Origin: the human T2T-CHM13v2.0 reference genome, Homo sapiens
Assembly (NCBI RefSeq): GCF_009914755.1
Contig: NC_060926.1
Strand: one strand, 5' to 3'
DNA length: 64,000 nt
Shown here: positions 43,695 to 59,537 of the stretch, one piece after another
Layout of the letters: every line of letters begins with the position of its first letter
Numbering within the stretch: position 1 is the first letter of the stretch
Program-made: the position numbers and the translations under genes
The notes under the pieces: model-generated
Database searches by the model: none
Seen by the model: only the letters and a program-made list of their open reading frames with translations
What the model was told of the DNA's origin: nothing

Positions 43695-43991
43695 CTGGAA
43701 CATTCTTATTTCACTTAGCGTAATGCCCTCCAGGTTCGTCCAGGTCACAAATGCTGGGATTTTCTTATATTTCAAGACTGAATAATATTCCGTTATATAT
43801 GTGCCATGTTTTCTTTATCCACTGATTGGTCAACAGACGCGTAGGTTGTTTTCATGTGATGGCTGTTGTGAATAATGCTGCAGTCAGCATGAAACTGTAG
43901 GGATCTCTTCAAGATCCGATTTCATTCCTTTGGCTATGGACCCAGTAGTGACATTGTTGGATCATGTGGTAGTTCTGCTTTTGATTTTTTC

Positions 43992-44850
<859 letters not shown>

Positions 44851-46006
44851 TTAGAAAAATATCTATTCAGATTCTTTGCCCATTTTTAAATTGGGTTATT
44901 TGTTTTTCGGCTATTGAGTTGTATGAATTCCTTACATATTTTGGATATTAACCTCTTATCAGATATATGGTTTGCAAATACTGTCTTCCATTCCATAGGT
45001 ACCTTTCTGTTTTGTTGATTTCTTTCTTTGCTATGCAGAAACTTGTTAGTTGGATAGGTTAGTACCACTTATTTATTTTTGCTTTTGTTGCATGTGCTTT
45101 TGGGGTCATATCCCAAAAAATCATTGCCAAGACCAATGTCAAGGAACTTTTCCCTTACATTTTCTTTTAGGAGTTCTGTGATTTCAGGTATTACATTTAA
45201 GTCTTCTATTTTGAGCTGATTTTTATGTATGGTATAAGACAAGGATTCACTTTTGTTTTTTTGCATGTGAATATTCAGTTTTCCCAATAGCATTGTGAAT
45301 TCTTTGTGCCTTTGTTGAAGGTTAGTTGACTGTATATGCACTCATGGGCTTATTTCTGTGCTTTCTTCTCTGCTCTATTGTCTATGTGTCTGTTTTTATG
45401 CCAGTGCTTGTTTGAGCAAGTATACTGGTTTGATTACCATCTATCTGTAATATAATTTGAAATCAGGAAGTGTGATGCCTTCAGCTTTGTTTTTCTTGCT
45501 TAAGGCTGCTTTGGCTATACATGACCTTTTATGGTTTTACATGAATTTTAGGATTTTTTTTTCCATTTCTCTGAAAAGTGCCTTTGGAATTTTGATAGAG
45601 ATTGCACCGAATCTGTAGATTGCATTGGGTAGTATGGACATTTTGAAATATTAATTCTTTTGATCCACGAACAGATATTTTTTCCATTTATTTGTGTCTT
45701 CAATGTTTCATAGTTCTCAGTGTACAGGTACACAACACTTCCTTGGTTAAATTTATTCCTAAATATGTCATTCTGTTTGGTGCTACAGTCAAGGAGATTG
45801 TTTCCTTAATTTTTTTCAGGTGGCTCATTGTTAGTGTATAGAAATGCTGCTGATTTTCGTGTGTTGATTTTGTATCCTGCAACTTTACTGAATTTGTTTA
45901 TTAGTGCTAACCAGTTTTTAGTGGAGTCTTTAGGGTTTTATTTATATAAGATTATGCCATCTGCAAACAGAGCCAGCTTTACCTCTCCCTTTCCAATTTG
46001 GATGGA

Positions 46007-46130
46007 TCCCTCCCTCCTTCTTTCCCGCCTCCCTCCCTCCCTCTCCCTTTCTCTTCCTTTCTTTCTCTCTTTCCTTTTCTTTCCTTTCCCCTTTCCTTTT
46101 CTCTCCTTTCCACTTTCCTTTTTTCTTTCT
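46007..46130. repeat. Polypyrimidine (CCTT/CCCT) tract
   Basis: About 120 nt almost pure C/T, inside L1 ORF2. Confidence 0.9.
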
Positions 46131-46391
46131 TGCCTAATTGTTCTGGCTAGGACTTCCAGCACTATATTGAATACAAGAGGCGAGAATGGGCATCCTTGCC
46201 TTGTTTCTGATTTTAGAGTAAAGCTTTCAGCTTTTCACCAGTGAGTATGATGTTAGCTGTGGACTTCTCATACATGGCCTTTATTGTGTTGAGGTGCATT
46301 CTTTGTATATGTGCTTTCTTGAGAGCTTTTATCATGAAACAACACTGAGTTTTGTCAAACGTTCTTTCAGCATCTACTGATGATAATATGA

Positions 46392-46809
<418 letters not shown>

Positions 46810-48755
46810 TAAATTTGGTTTGCTAGCATTGTGTTGAAGATTTTTGCATCTGTGTTCATCAGGGATATTGGCCTGTAATCTTTTTTTCTTGTATTGTTCT
46901 TGTCTGGCTTTGGTATCAGGGTAATGCTGGCTTTTAAAAATTAGTTCAGAAGTATTCTCTCCTCTTCAATTTTTTGTAAGATTTTAGAAGGATTGGTATT
47001 AATTCCTATTTAAATTTTTGGTAAAGTTTGGCATGAGGCTACCAGGTCCTGGGCCTTTCTTCGATTGGAGATTTTTGACTACAGAATCAGTCTCATTACA
47101 GATCTGTTCAAATTTAGTATTTTTTCATTATTCAGTCTTGGTGGGTTGTATGTTTCTAGGAATTTATCCATTTCTTCTAGGTTATTCAAATTTTTGATGT
47201 ATAATTATTCGTATTACTCTCTTATGACCCTTCATATTTCTGTGGTATCAGTTGTAATTTCTCCGTTGCATTTCTGATTTTATTTGAGTTACCTCTTTTT
47301 TCTTCGTCTAGCTAAAGGTTCGTCAATTTTTTTTTTTGCCTTTTCAAAAAGCAACTCTTAGTTTTGTCGCTTTGCTACAGCTTTTCTAGTCTCTATTTGA
47401 TTATTTCTGCTCTGATCTTCGTTATTTCCTTACTTCTGCTAACTTTGGGCTTCATTTGCTTGTTTTTTTCTAGTCCCTTATGGTGTAAAGTTAGATTGTT
47501 TATTTGTAATCTTTATTTTCCCTCCATGTAGGTATTTATTGTTATAAAATTTCCTCTTAGAATATCTTTTTGCTGTAGCCCATAAGTTTTTGTATGTTGT
47601 GTTTTCATTTTCATTTGTTTCAAGATATTTTTTGATTTCTTTTTTGACTCATGGATTGTTCAGGAATGTGTTGTTTAATTTTCTCGTATTTGTGAATTTT
47701 CGTTTTCCTCCTCTTGCTGATTCCTAGTTTTATCCTGTTGTGGTTAGAAGAGACGCTTGATATGATTTCAGTCTCCTTGAATTTGTTAAGACTTGTTTTG
47801 TGGCCTAACGTATGAGCTATCTCAAAGAATGTTCCGTGTGCACTGGAGAGGAATGTGTTTTCTGCTGCTGTTGGATGGAATGTTCTCTGTTAGCTCCATT
47901 CGGTCTAAAGTGTAGTTTATGTACACTGTTTTCTTACTGATTTTCTGTCTGGGTGATCTTTCCATTGTTGAAAGTGAGGTATTGAAGTCCCCTACTATTA
48001 GTGTATTCTATCTGTTTGCCCTTCAGATCTGTTAATATTTGCTTTACATATTTAGGTGCTCCAATGTTGAATGTGTGTATATTTGTAATGATTATGTTTT
48101 CTTGATGAATTGACCTTTTATCATTATATAAAAACCCTTTTTTACTCTTGGCTACAGTTTTTGACATAGTCTATTTTGTCTGATATAAAATAAATATAGC
48201 TACGCCTATTCTGTTTTGGTTTCAATTTGTGTGGAATATCTTTTTCCATCCCTTCATTTTTAGTCTATGTGTGATCTTAAAGCTGAAGTGTGTCTTTTGT
48301 AGGCAGTGTATATAGTTGGGTCTTCTTTTTATTTATTTATTTTTATTAAGCTACTCTGTGTCTTTTGATTGGATAATTTAATCTATTTACATTTAAAGTA
48401 ATTATTGATAGTTAAGGATTTGCCATTGCCATTTTGTTAATTGTTTTCTGGTCACTTGGTAGATCCTTTGTTTCCTTCTTCCTCTCTTGCTGTTTTCCTT
48501 TGTGGTTTGATAATTTTCTGTAGTAGTATGCATTGATTCCTTTTTCTTTCTTTTGTGTATGTACTAGGTTTTTTATTTGTGGTTACCACAAGGCTTATAT
48601 AAAACATTTTATAGTTATAACAGTCTATGCTAAACTAATAACAACTTAACTTTGATCACACACAAAATTCTACACTTTTACACCCACCCCCCATTTTATG
48701 TTTTTGATATCACAATTTACATCTTTTTTATTGTACATCTATTAACAAATTATTG

Positions 48756-49207
<452 letters not shown>

Positions 49208-49323
49208 AACAAATTATTGTGGCTATAGTTATTTTAATATCTTTGTCTTTTAACCTTTATACTAGAGTTATATATGATTTACACATAACCATTACACCAT
49301 CAGAGTATTCTGAATTTGACTAT

Positions 49324-49727
49324 TGCTATCATTTGAATGTTTGCCCCCTCCAAAACTCACGTTGAAACTTGATCTTTAATGTAATAGTATTGAGAGAGTG
49401 GGCCTTTAGGAGGTGACTGGATCATGAGTTCTCTGACATTATGAATGGATTGATCCATTTATGAGTTAATAGATTAATGGGTTATTACAGGAGTGGGTTA
49501 GTTATCATGAGAGTGGGACTATTATAAAAGCCAGGTGGCCTCTCTCGTGGGCCTCCTTACTGTGTGATGCCCTGTGCTACCTCAAGACTCTGTGGAGAGT
49601 TCTCATCAGATGTGGCCTCTTGACCTTGGATTTCCCAGCCTCTAGAACTGTAAAAAAGAATTTCTTTTCTTTATAAATTACCCAGTCACAGATATTCAGT
49701 AATGGCAACAGAAAACAGACTAAGGCA
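49324..49727 (+). mobile_element. MST-like MaLR solo LTR
   Basis: tgctatcatttgaatgtttgccccctccaaaactc...aacagactaaggca; flanks actat/agtat. Confidence 0.85.
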
Positions 49728-52466
49728 AGTATATAGTTTTATCAGTTATCTCTACACTTTTAAATGTTTTCATGTTACTAATTAGCATCCTTTTGTTTCA
49801 GCTTGAAGAACTTTCCTTTACATTTCTTGTAAGGGAAGTCTAGTGGGAACTTCTTTAGCTTTTGTGTATCTGGGAGACTCTTAATGTTTCCTTTATTTTT
49901 GAAGGATGGCTTTGTGAGTACATAATCTTATTGCCAGTTTTTTTCTTTCAGTACTTTGAATATATGATCCCACTTTCTCCTGGCCTGCAAGTTTTCTGCT
50001 GAGAAGTCTGCTGATAGCCTTATGAGGGTTCTCTTGGATGTGATGAGTTTCTTTTCTCTTTCTGCTTTCAAAATTCTCTTCTCGTCTTTGATTTATGGTA
50101 GTTTGATTATAATGTATCTTGGTGAAGTTTTCTGTGGGTTGAACCTATTTGGAGACTTTAAGCTTCATGTACCTTGATGTCCACATCACTCCCAAGTTTG
50201 GAAAGTTTTTTAGGCATTAATTCTTTAAATAAGCTTTCTATTAGCTTCTCTCTATATTCTCCTAATACAACTTCCATAATGTGAATGTTAGCTTTCTTGA
50301 TGGTGTCCTTTAGATCTCACAGGCTTTCTTAATTTCTTTTAATGCCTTTTTTCTTTTCTCTTCTCTGATTGAATATTTTTAAATGACCTGTCATCAAGCT
50401 CACATATTCTTTCTTTTCTTTTGTTTGATCAATTCTGCTCTTGATGCTGTCTGCTGTATTTTAAATTTTATTCATTCTGTTCTTCAGCTTTAGAGTTTCT
50501 GTTTGGTTCTTTTTTTTTAAAAAAATCTCTATCTCTTCATTGAATTCCTCATTTTTAATGTATTGTTTTTCTGATTTTGTTGAGTTGTGTGTCTATGTTC
50601 TCTTGTATCTCATTGAGCTTCCTTAAAATGATTATTTTGAGTTCTTTGTTAGGCAATTTGTAGATCTCCATTTCTTTGGGCTTGGTTTACTAGAGTATTA
50701 TTGTGTTCCTTTGGTAATGTCATGTTTCCTTGATACTTTATATTCCTTGAAGTCTTGCATTGCTGTTTTCTCATTTGCAAAAGCAGTCACCTCCTCTAGT
50801 CTTTATGGACTTTTTTTGGGAGAGAGATTTCTTTACAAAACAGCCTGGCTAGGGATTCTGAGGCTCTCTCAGACCATTTCTGTGGATGCACCTGCTCCAC
50901 ACCTTTTGCTTCTCTTGGAGAGGGGTGAATTTTTAAAGAGTATATGCCTTTTCTTGATCCCACAAAGGCAGTCTAGGTGCTACTAGCCTCTCATTAGTTT
51001 CCCCTAGGGCAGTGCTCTGAAATGCTCAAGTTCTTGTGCCTTCTCCCTCCCCATCCCACACAGTCAAGCTATCTGTCTGTGTGAGATGCTGGCACTTGCC
51101 ATCTGTGGGGGTGCCTTTGGGGAGCTGGCAGAGTGTTGGGTGAAGCATGTGAGCATTTGGGTGCCCGTGGTCCAGTTGGGATGGTTCACAGGAAAGGCGT
51201 CTCCATCAGCTTGTTGGGGGGCTTCCTAATAAAATCTGCAGAGCAATTATTAGGGTCCATAGCCTTTCTTCCTAGCTCCCAGTCTCTCCCAACTTCTCCT
51301 CCATGTCAGTCACCTCAGTATTGGAGGTGAGACAAGAAAGAAGCAGACTTTTTTTGGGCAGCATCCTGCATGGCTGGGGGAGCTGGAAGCTCACTTACTA
51401 CACTTTCACTTACTCCAGTGGGAAAAAACATGGGCCAAGGGGGTTTCCCTGGGCACTGAGCTGTGTTGCTCAGCTCACAGTTGCTCAGCTTACAGTTGTG
51501 GGAAACGGTCACACGGGTAAAGTGAAACTGTTCTTACCCTCATCAGTGCATCTATTCTTGGATTTTTTTCTCTAACAGTGTGCTGGAACTTCTCCACTGG
51601 ACTTCCAGACTCCTACAAAGACACTTTTGTTCATGGGGAGTTGTCAACATGGAAGCTTCTTTGGGGGGACTATGGTAGAAAGCTCCTCTTCTGCCATCCT
51701 CCTAACATCACCCATGTGTGCATGTCTTGTCTTCCTAATTAGATTATACATTCCTCAAGGGTAGGGATTTGTGGATCACACTCTGCCATCCTGCGAGTAA
51801 GTGGTTCCAAGTCCCTGATATAGTAGTTATTCCTAAGTATTAGATTGATAGATTTACAGAGGGTCATTAAACATACATTGACTACCCCAGAGATATGGGG
51901 TTAAAGTCTGATAGACTCTTTTCATTTCTACCTCTTAAAGAATCTTAATCAAAGGATCCACAAACACAATGGTTTGCTGATCCAAGGCGGCAAGGATTCT
52001 CTATTAAAACCTCTGAGGAATTCCCTTCTCCCTCCCTCCTTTCTTCCTTCCTTCTCCCACTTAGAAGTGGCAGCAGGCTTTTTCAGGCTCCGAGGCCTGT
52101 CCCCACTGATGTTCAGGTGTAGGTCAGGCTTCCGTGCTCAAGCAGGCCTCAGGTCCCTGCTGAGGGGTGGGCACGGATGGAGGGTGAGCCTGAGGCAGGA
52201 TGTGCAGGACAGCGACTGCTGAGACAGCGTTCTTGGCTGCCTTGTGGTGGGTGGGGGGCCATGGACCCAGCCCAGGGCGGGGGTTAGGGAAGGCACTCGG
52301 GAGGCTACTCGTAATTCAGGGTTTCTGAAATCTGGAGACAGGGAGGGCTAGGAGTCCATAAAGGGATGTGGCATTTGGCATCCCAGGGAGTCAGCTTAGG
52401 GGAGGGGCGTTTAGCACTCAGGGGTCTACTCTGTGCCTCAGCTTGGACCCATGAGTTTGGAAAGTT

Positions 52467-52958
<492 letters not shown>

Positions 52959-54112
52959 GTAATGGATCTGGAAATCCCACCTTCACACTTAAGTTGGACC
53001 CTGAGATGCAGAGAATAGGCAACCACTCTTCCCATGGCCACATGGCTTGGACAGAACTGGAGCAGAAGCCCCATTTCTAGATGGACGTGGTTTGCTGGGA
53101 GGGAGGAATATTGTTAGGCACAATGCGGTCCCAGCCTCAGCTGAGCAGTGCAGAGACCACAGACGTGGAACCAGACAGTCCTGGGCTCGCTGGGCCTGTC
53201 TGTATCGTGGCTCCACCACCTGTCAGTTATGTCAGCTTCTGGAATCAGCTTCGTCTTCCCAAGCCCCCTTTTTCTGTACCTGTAAAATGGGGGGTGGGGG
53301 GTGGGGATCTACCTCCCATGACTCCCAGAAGGGTTAAATGGAAGGATAGACGCACAATGTCTTGGATGCGGCAGTTGCCTGGTGCCTGGTGGCCTGGTGG
53401 TTGCTGTTATTATTCTCCGTTTGCACAGAAGAAAGTCTGAGCCCTGGTGCTTTTGTTCATGGGAACTCACTAGGGAATGAGCATGACTTCCGGCCTCTGC
53501 AATAACCAACTGACATTCTTTCTGATAATCGTGGCTGTTTCCGTCAGCTGTAAGTGCTCTGTTCTGGATAATGTTTATTCTCAAGGACATTAGGTCAAAG
53601 AGAGAATGGAATATGTTTACAAGGACATTAGGTCAAAGAGAGAATGGAATAAACTTAGGACTTTTTATACACAACCTGGGATGAATCTCCTCCCTGAGAC
53701 CTAGGACACCCTGGGCGCTCTGCCTGTGTGGTAGGCAGTGCCCGGGCCCCAGGGGGCGCAGATGTGCTGGGAACCAGGACCTCAGCCGCCACCACCCTCC
53801 ACACCCTCCCTGGAGTCTCACTTTCCAGTGGGACACAGCCCTGCCAACTCCCCTGGCCCACTGGCTCTTCTGCCCGTGGGCTTGCTAGCTGGGTGCTAGT
53901 GGATAGCTTTCTAGCTCGTTGCAGCGGGGGCACAGTGGCAGTTCCCTGATGACCGGTCACGAACATCTGTGGCTTCCATGGCATTATGCTGTGGAGACTC
54001 ACCTGGAGAAAAACAGTGACCTCTGCGGGAACTTGGGGGCCAAGACTTCCTGGTTTCTAGGGTCCTGGGAACCACTGCAGTCCTGGGCAAACTGGGGGCT
54101 GCAACTCAACTT

Positions 54113-54712
54113 CGCCTGGGCACGATGACGCTGGTCACGATGCTGTGCATGACGACACTGGGCACGATGATGGGGGGCATGATGACGGGGGGCATGATGA
54201 TGGGGTGGATCTGGGCATGATGATGCTGGGCAAGATGATGGCATGGTGATGCTGGGCACAACGCTGGGCACGACGATGGGCACAACGATGAGCATGATGG
54301 GGTGGATCTGGGCACAATGACACTGGGCATGATGATGGAGGGCACGATGAGCACGACGATGGGGTGGATCTGGGCATAATGACGGTAGATCGGGGCATGA
54401 TGATGCTGGGCATGACACTGGGCATGATGATGGTCTGCATCTGGGCATGATGGCTCTGGGCACAACGATGCTGGGCATGAAGATGGGACACGATGATGGG
54501 GTGGATCTGGGCATAATGACTCTGGGCACGATGACGCTGAGCACAGTGACGCTGGGCACGATGACGGTGGATCTAGGTATGACGATGCTGGGCATGATGA
54601 TGGTAGATCTAGGTATGACGATGCTGGGCATGACAACAGCGTGAATCTGGGCACGACGATGCTGGGCACAATGCTGCACACGATGATGCTGGGCATAACA
54701 CTGGGCGTGATG
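54113..54712. repeat. Degenerate CTGGGCAYGATGATG / GGTGGATCTGGGC minisatellite
   Basis: Dozens of imperfect 12-30-nt units. Confidence 0.9.
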
Positions 54713-56341
54713 ACAAAGTGGGTCTCAGCACCTGTCCCAGTGCTTCTTGAAGGGGCTCCTGAAGGGGAGGAGCATCCCTGGGAAGAGCGGGACCTGGGTG
54801 TGACAGCCCTGCTCCCATGCCAGCCCTGCTGTTGCCCAGCCTGTGGCCACTCCAAACCATTGTTTTCAACTTCTGACATCAAAATCACAGCCTTCACAGG
54901 GCGTTGCTGCCATGAGTGGGCCTGGGGTCTGCAGATCCGCTCTCATCCTTGCGTCTTCAGGTCCTAGCATGAGACCTGACGTTTGGAAGGCCCTCCATCC
55001 ACTGTTGGAAAAATATCCTGAGGTTTCATATCTTCAAATACCTCTGCAATCTGTGGGTGATCCCAGTCTATGGCCAAGGGCCCCCCATCTGTGTCATCCT
55101 CCCTTCCCAGGTGAAGCGGCTGCCCCGCAGGGTTCTAGAGAGCTGGTCTGTGGGACGAGGCTTCCGGCCATGCTGGGCGGGGGCTGTGTTCTCTGCCTAT
55201 CTATGGAGGTGGGGCTCTGCTTCAGGTTTCTCCAGGGGCTCTCATTTAAATGCAGCTGCTGGCCCAGGAGGGCGGCCTGAGACCCTGCACTGGTCTTAAC
55301 AGCACCCAGGTGCTGCTGCTGCCAGCCTGGGCTGTCCCCATTGGTGGGGGTCCAGATGCCTCTGCTTCCGCAAAGTGCATGCTCTGCACATGGGGACCTG
55401 GCTGCAGTGGGGGCTGCCCTGAACAGGCTGGCTGGGTGTGCGCTGGGGCTTTGAGGGAGTGTCCTGTTGGGAAAGTGAGACCCCCCACCCCCGATTCGAG
55501 GAGGTGGTGCGGTTGGATGGCCTATTCTGAGATAAAAAGCCAGGCCATGGCCCAGAGAAAGCCCAGCTGTTAAAAATCACCGAGGAAGCTGAATTTCAAA
55601 TGCTCTTTTTGCCTCTTCTCCACTTCAGAGGACTGTGTGAAGTGTTCATTAAAATTAATAAGAACTCCACACCTGCTTTGAGCTGCCCTCAATCCTCATG
55701 CGTGTCCAGAGGACAGATGGGAGGCGCAGCACTGCTCACAATGGTGATGAGATGTGGGATGGGCTGTGGCGTTCGTGCCCAGTGTGCCGGGTGCCACAGC
55801 CAGAAGCTCCTATGGCAGAGAGGGAAGGGATCCAGGGGCATCAGGTGCTGCATTCCTGTTGTCGCACGCAGCCAGCGGGAGGGGGCGTTGCTTGCCTCTT
55901 GCAAAAAGCTTTCTGTCACTTGGAGGTGCACGAGGCCTTGGGAGAGGGAAAAAGGCGTTAGGGCTCTTGTTCTCATCTGCTGTCCTTAGAGAACCTCTGG
56001 ATCTGTAACCACACTACTGTCCGGCCAAGGGTTAGTTTCCAAGAGAAGTCTTCAAGTTGAAATAAGTCAGCTACAGAAAAGGTTGTGGTATGAAGTAGAG
56101 AATGTGTTGACAATCTCAGTGGATTTCAACGGTTCTCACCTTTTCTTCTTCCTCCAAACACCCCAAAATAGAATATTTCTGTCAGAAACAACAGCTCACA
56201 CCAATAGGTCCCAGTGTGTGTGGCTGGTATGTGGAGGTTGGGGTGTAGTGAGGGTCTCCTGGGTGCTTCTGGGGTTCTCAGTTTAAGCCTAGGTGCTGAC
56301 CAACTGTACAAGCTTGAGCTGTGTGAGGATAAAAGTAGGCT

Positions 56342-57177
56342 TATGTACATGCACTCATGCACACACGTGCACATAGATGTATGTGCATGTATAGTTGTAT
56401 GTATGGATACATACCTATATGTATATATGTGCATGCATGTGTGCATATGTATATGTACCTGTGTGTATGTGCATATGAGCATTTGTGTGTATGTGCATAT
56501 AGCGTGTGTGTGAATAGTATGTATGTGTATGTGTGCTCCTGTAGTATGCATGGGTATGTCATGTGAGTATGCCTTTGTCTATGTATGTGCTGCTGGATGC
56601 CCTGTTTTGAGATAACAAAGCCAGGCCACGGGTCCAGAGAAAGCCCAGCTGTTAAAAATCACTGAGGAAACTGAATTCCAAGTGCTCTTACATATGTATG
56701 TATATGTTTGTATTCATGTATGTATGTTTGTGTACACATGTATCCACGTATGTAGGTTTGTAAGTTTTATGTATGTGTATATGGGCATGTTTATATGTAC
56801 ATATATACGATGTGCAGTTACATGCTATGTGTGGTTGTATTTATACATAAATGCATGAATGTGTGCATGCATCATGCATATGTGTATGTATGTGTGTTTT
56901 TATGTGTGCATATGTTACGTGTTTGCATATTGCATATCTCTGTTAATATGTGTATGTTTGCATGCACATGTATGTATGTGGAGGTGAATGCACATCTCTG
57001 TATGTGTATATGCATGTGCATGTGTGTATGTATGCATATAGATGTCTGTGCATGCATATGTGTATAGTATGTATGTGTGCATATGTATGTGTATGCATAT
57101 CAGGGTAGTACGTATGTGTATGTGTACATGCATGTATGTGTGTATAGTATACGTGCATATGTCTGTATATAATGTGT
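56342..57177. repeat. Degenerate (TG/TA/CA)n microsatellite
   Basis: About 830 nt, interrupted at 56594-56689. Confidence 0.92.
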
Positions 57178-57838
57178 GAGGGGACTTCAAAAAGTTTGTG
57201 GAAAAGTGGAATTAAAAAATAAAAATACAAATATAAACTTTATTTCTCAATATAAGCACCATGAAGTTCAAGACACTTTTGTAAGTAATTACACCAGCCA
57301 TTTAGTCCATCCCTAAAGAACTGAGGGTTCCTCATGGTGAAATTCCCAGGAATTCCCATGTGGTCTTTTTTACATTGTTTACTGAAGAAAAATGAGTGCC
57401 CTTTACAGATTTTTTAAGATGAGGAAACAAGAAGTCAGAAAGAGCCAAACTGGGAAAGTTGGATGCTTAATGATTTCCAATAGAAACTCTTGCAAAATTG
57501 TCCTTGTTTTATAAGGAGAATGAGCAGGAGCATTGTTGGGGTGAGAAGGGCTCTGGTGAAGCTTCCTGGGCATTTTTCTGCTAAGGCTTTGGCCAACTTT
57601 CTCAAAACCCTCTGATAGTAGGTACATGTTATTCTTCTTTGGTCCTCCACAAAGAGAACAAGCAAAATGCCTTGAGCATCCGAAAAGCCTGTTGCCGTGA
57701 CCTTCACTCTCGGCCAGTCTGCTTTGCTTTCCTGGACCACTTCCAACTCTTGGTAGCCATTGCTTTGACTGTTTTGTCATTAAGATTGTACTGGTAAAGC
57801 CACGTTTCGTCTTCTGTTACAATTTTGAAGAAATGCAA
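57177..57838 (-). mobile_element. HSMAR2-like mariner transposon, 3' half
   Basis: TIR gaggggacttcaaaaagtt; decayed transposase QSKQWLPR..SGP / KVTATGFSDAQGILLV..YYQRVLRKLAKALAEKCPG. Confidence 0.85.
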
Positions 57839-57847
57839 TACAATACA

Positions 57848-58128
<281 letters not shown>

Positions 58129-58542
58129 ATGCTTAGGCATTCTTCAAAGAATTTTAACAGTAAAGCAAAGCAGACTGGCCGAGAGCGAAGGTCATGGCAA
58201 CAGGTTTTTTGGATGCTCAAGGCATTTTGCTTGTTCTCTTTGTGGAAGGCCAAAGAACAATAACATCTGCCTACTATCAGGGTGTTTAGACAAAGTTGGC
58301 ACTGGCTCATCCGGTGGAGGGAGTGTTTCTCCACCCCCAGGCCCAGCTGTGCCCAGTGCCTGGCCCTTCCCCCAAAGGCCTCCCTGCAAGGCTGAGGGGA
58401 CTGTGGAAAGGGGTCTGGTGGTCCAAGCTATGGGTTTAGGGCAGAAGGGAATAAGGAGGGACGGGAGGGTTTGGGCCACCTGTAGCCACCCTAACTCCCC
58501 ACCAGCCGGGTATGCTTGGTCACGGCTGACACAGGCGAGAGG

Positions 58543-58638
58543 GCTCGGAGGGGCCCCTGCTCGGAGGGGGCTCTGCTCGGAGGGGGCCCCTACTCGGAGG
58601 GGACTCTGCTCGGAGGGGGCTCTGCTCGGAGGGCTCTG
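58543..58638. repeat. About 16-bp tandem repeat CTCGGAGGGGGCYCTG x 6
   Basis: Visible tandem copies. Confidence 0.85.
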
Positions 58639-59189
58639 CCTGCTGCTTTGCACACTCTGGTCTCTTGGTCTCTGTCTCCTGCCTCCTGGGCTTGGGAGTA
58701 GGGCACTGCTTGTCCTCCCACAGGAACACAATCCTGCGCCATGTGTCCAGCCCCTGGCTCTTAGAAATGCAGGCTTCCCGCAGTTCCTGGCCCGTGGAGG
58801 GTGGCTTTGGCTGTACCCGGGGTGGAAGTCTCACGGGCTGGGGCCTACCCACAGTGGGGGTGCAGGGTTTGGAGCCCTGGACGTGGAGTCAGGAGGCCTT
58901 GGTCTGAGTGAAATCCACGCCATCAGTGTGCGCTCGCGCTCCTGCTCCTGATGCTCGCTGTGACCCGAGGCACGGAATGCCCTGAGGTGCCACTTGACAG
59001 ACAGGGAAACTGAGGCTTACAGAGGGCTGTAACTTGTGCAGGGTTTCATGGGTGGAGCACTGAGATTTGGGGCCAGGCCTGTCTGATGGCAGAGGCTGTG
59101 CTCGGAATCACGGGGCACTGTGTTCTTTCCTGGCTCACTGTATGACCTGTGGTGGTCACCTGACTCTCTGAACTCCTCTTCTGGAGCAG

Positions 59190-59537
59190 AGGGCAGTGTC
59201 TCTGTCTCTCAATACCACACAGCGGGCAGCTTCCAGGACAGAGATGATTTCCTCCCGGCTGTGGAGGCTGGAAGTCAGGGATCCGGGTGCCGGCAGGGCT
59301 GCTGCTCCTGAGGCTGCTGTCCGGGGCTTACAGGCGGTGTCTTCCTGCTGCGTCTCACGCGGCCTTTCCTCCATGCATGCACAATCCCGGCCTCTCTTTC
59401 TCTTCGGTAAAGCCACAGTCCTGTTGGACCAGGGCCCACCTGTGTGACCTCTTTAAAGACCCTGCTTCTAGTAGGACTCACACTGGGGTTAGGGCTCCAT
59501 CGTCAGAATTTTGGAGGATGTAATTCAGCCCTAACAG
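59190..59537 (-). mobile_element. MLT1-like MaLR LTR
   Basis: aataccacac...ggaggctggaagtc...ggggttagggct...aattcagccctaaca. Confidence 0.7.
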
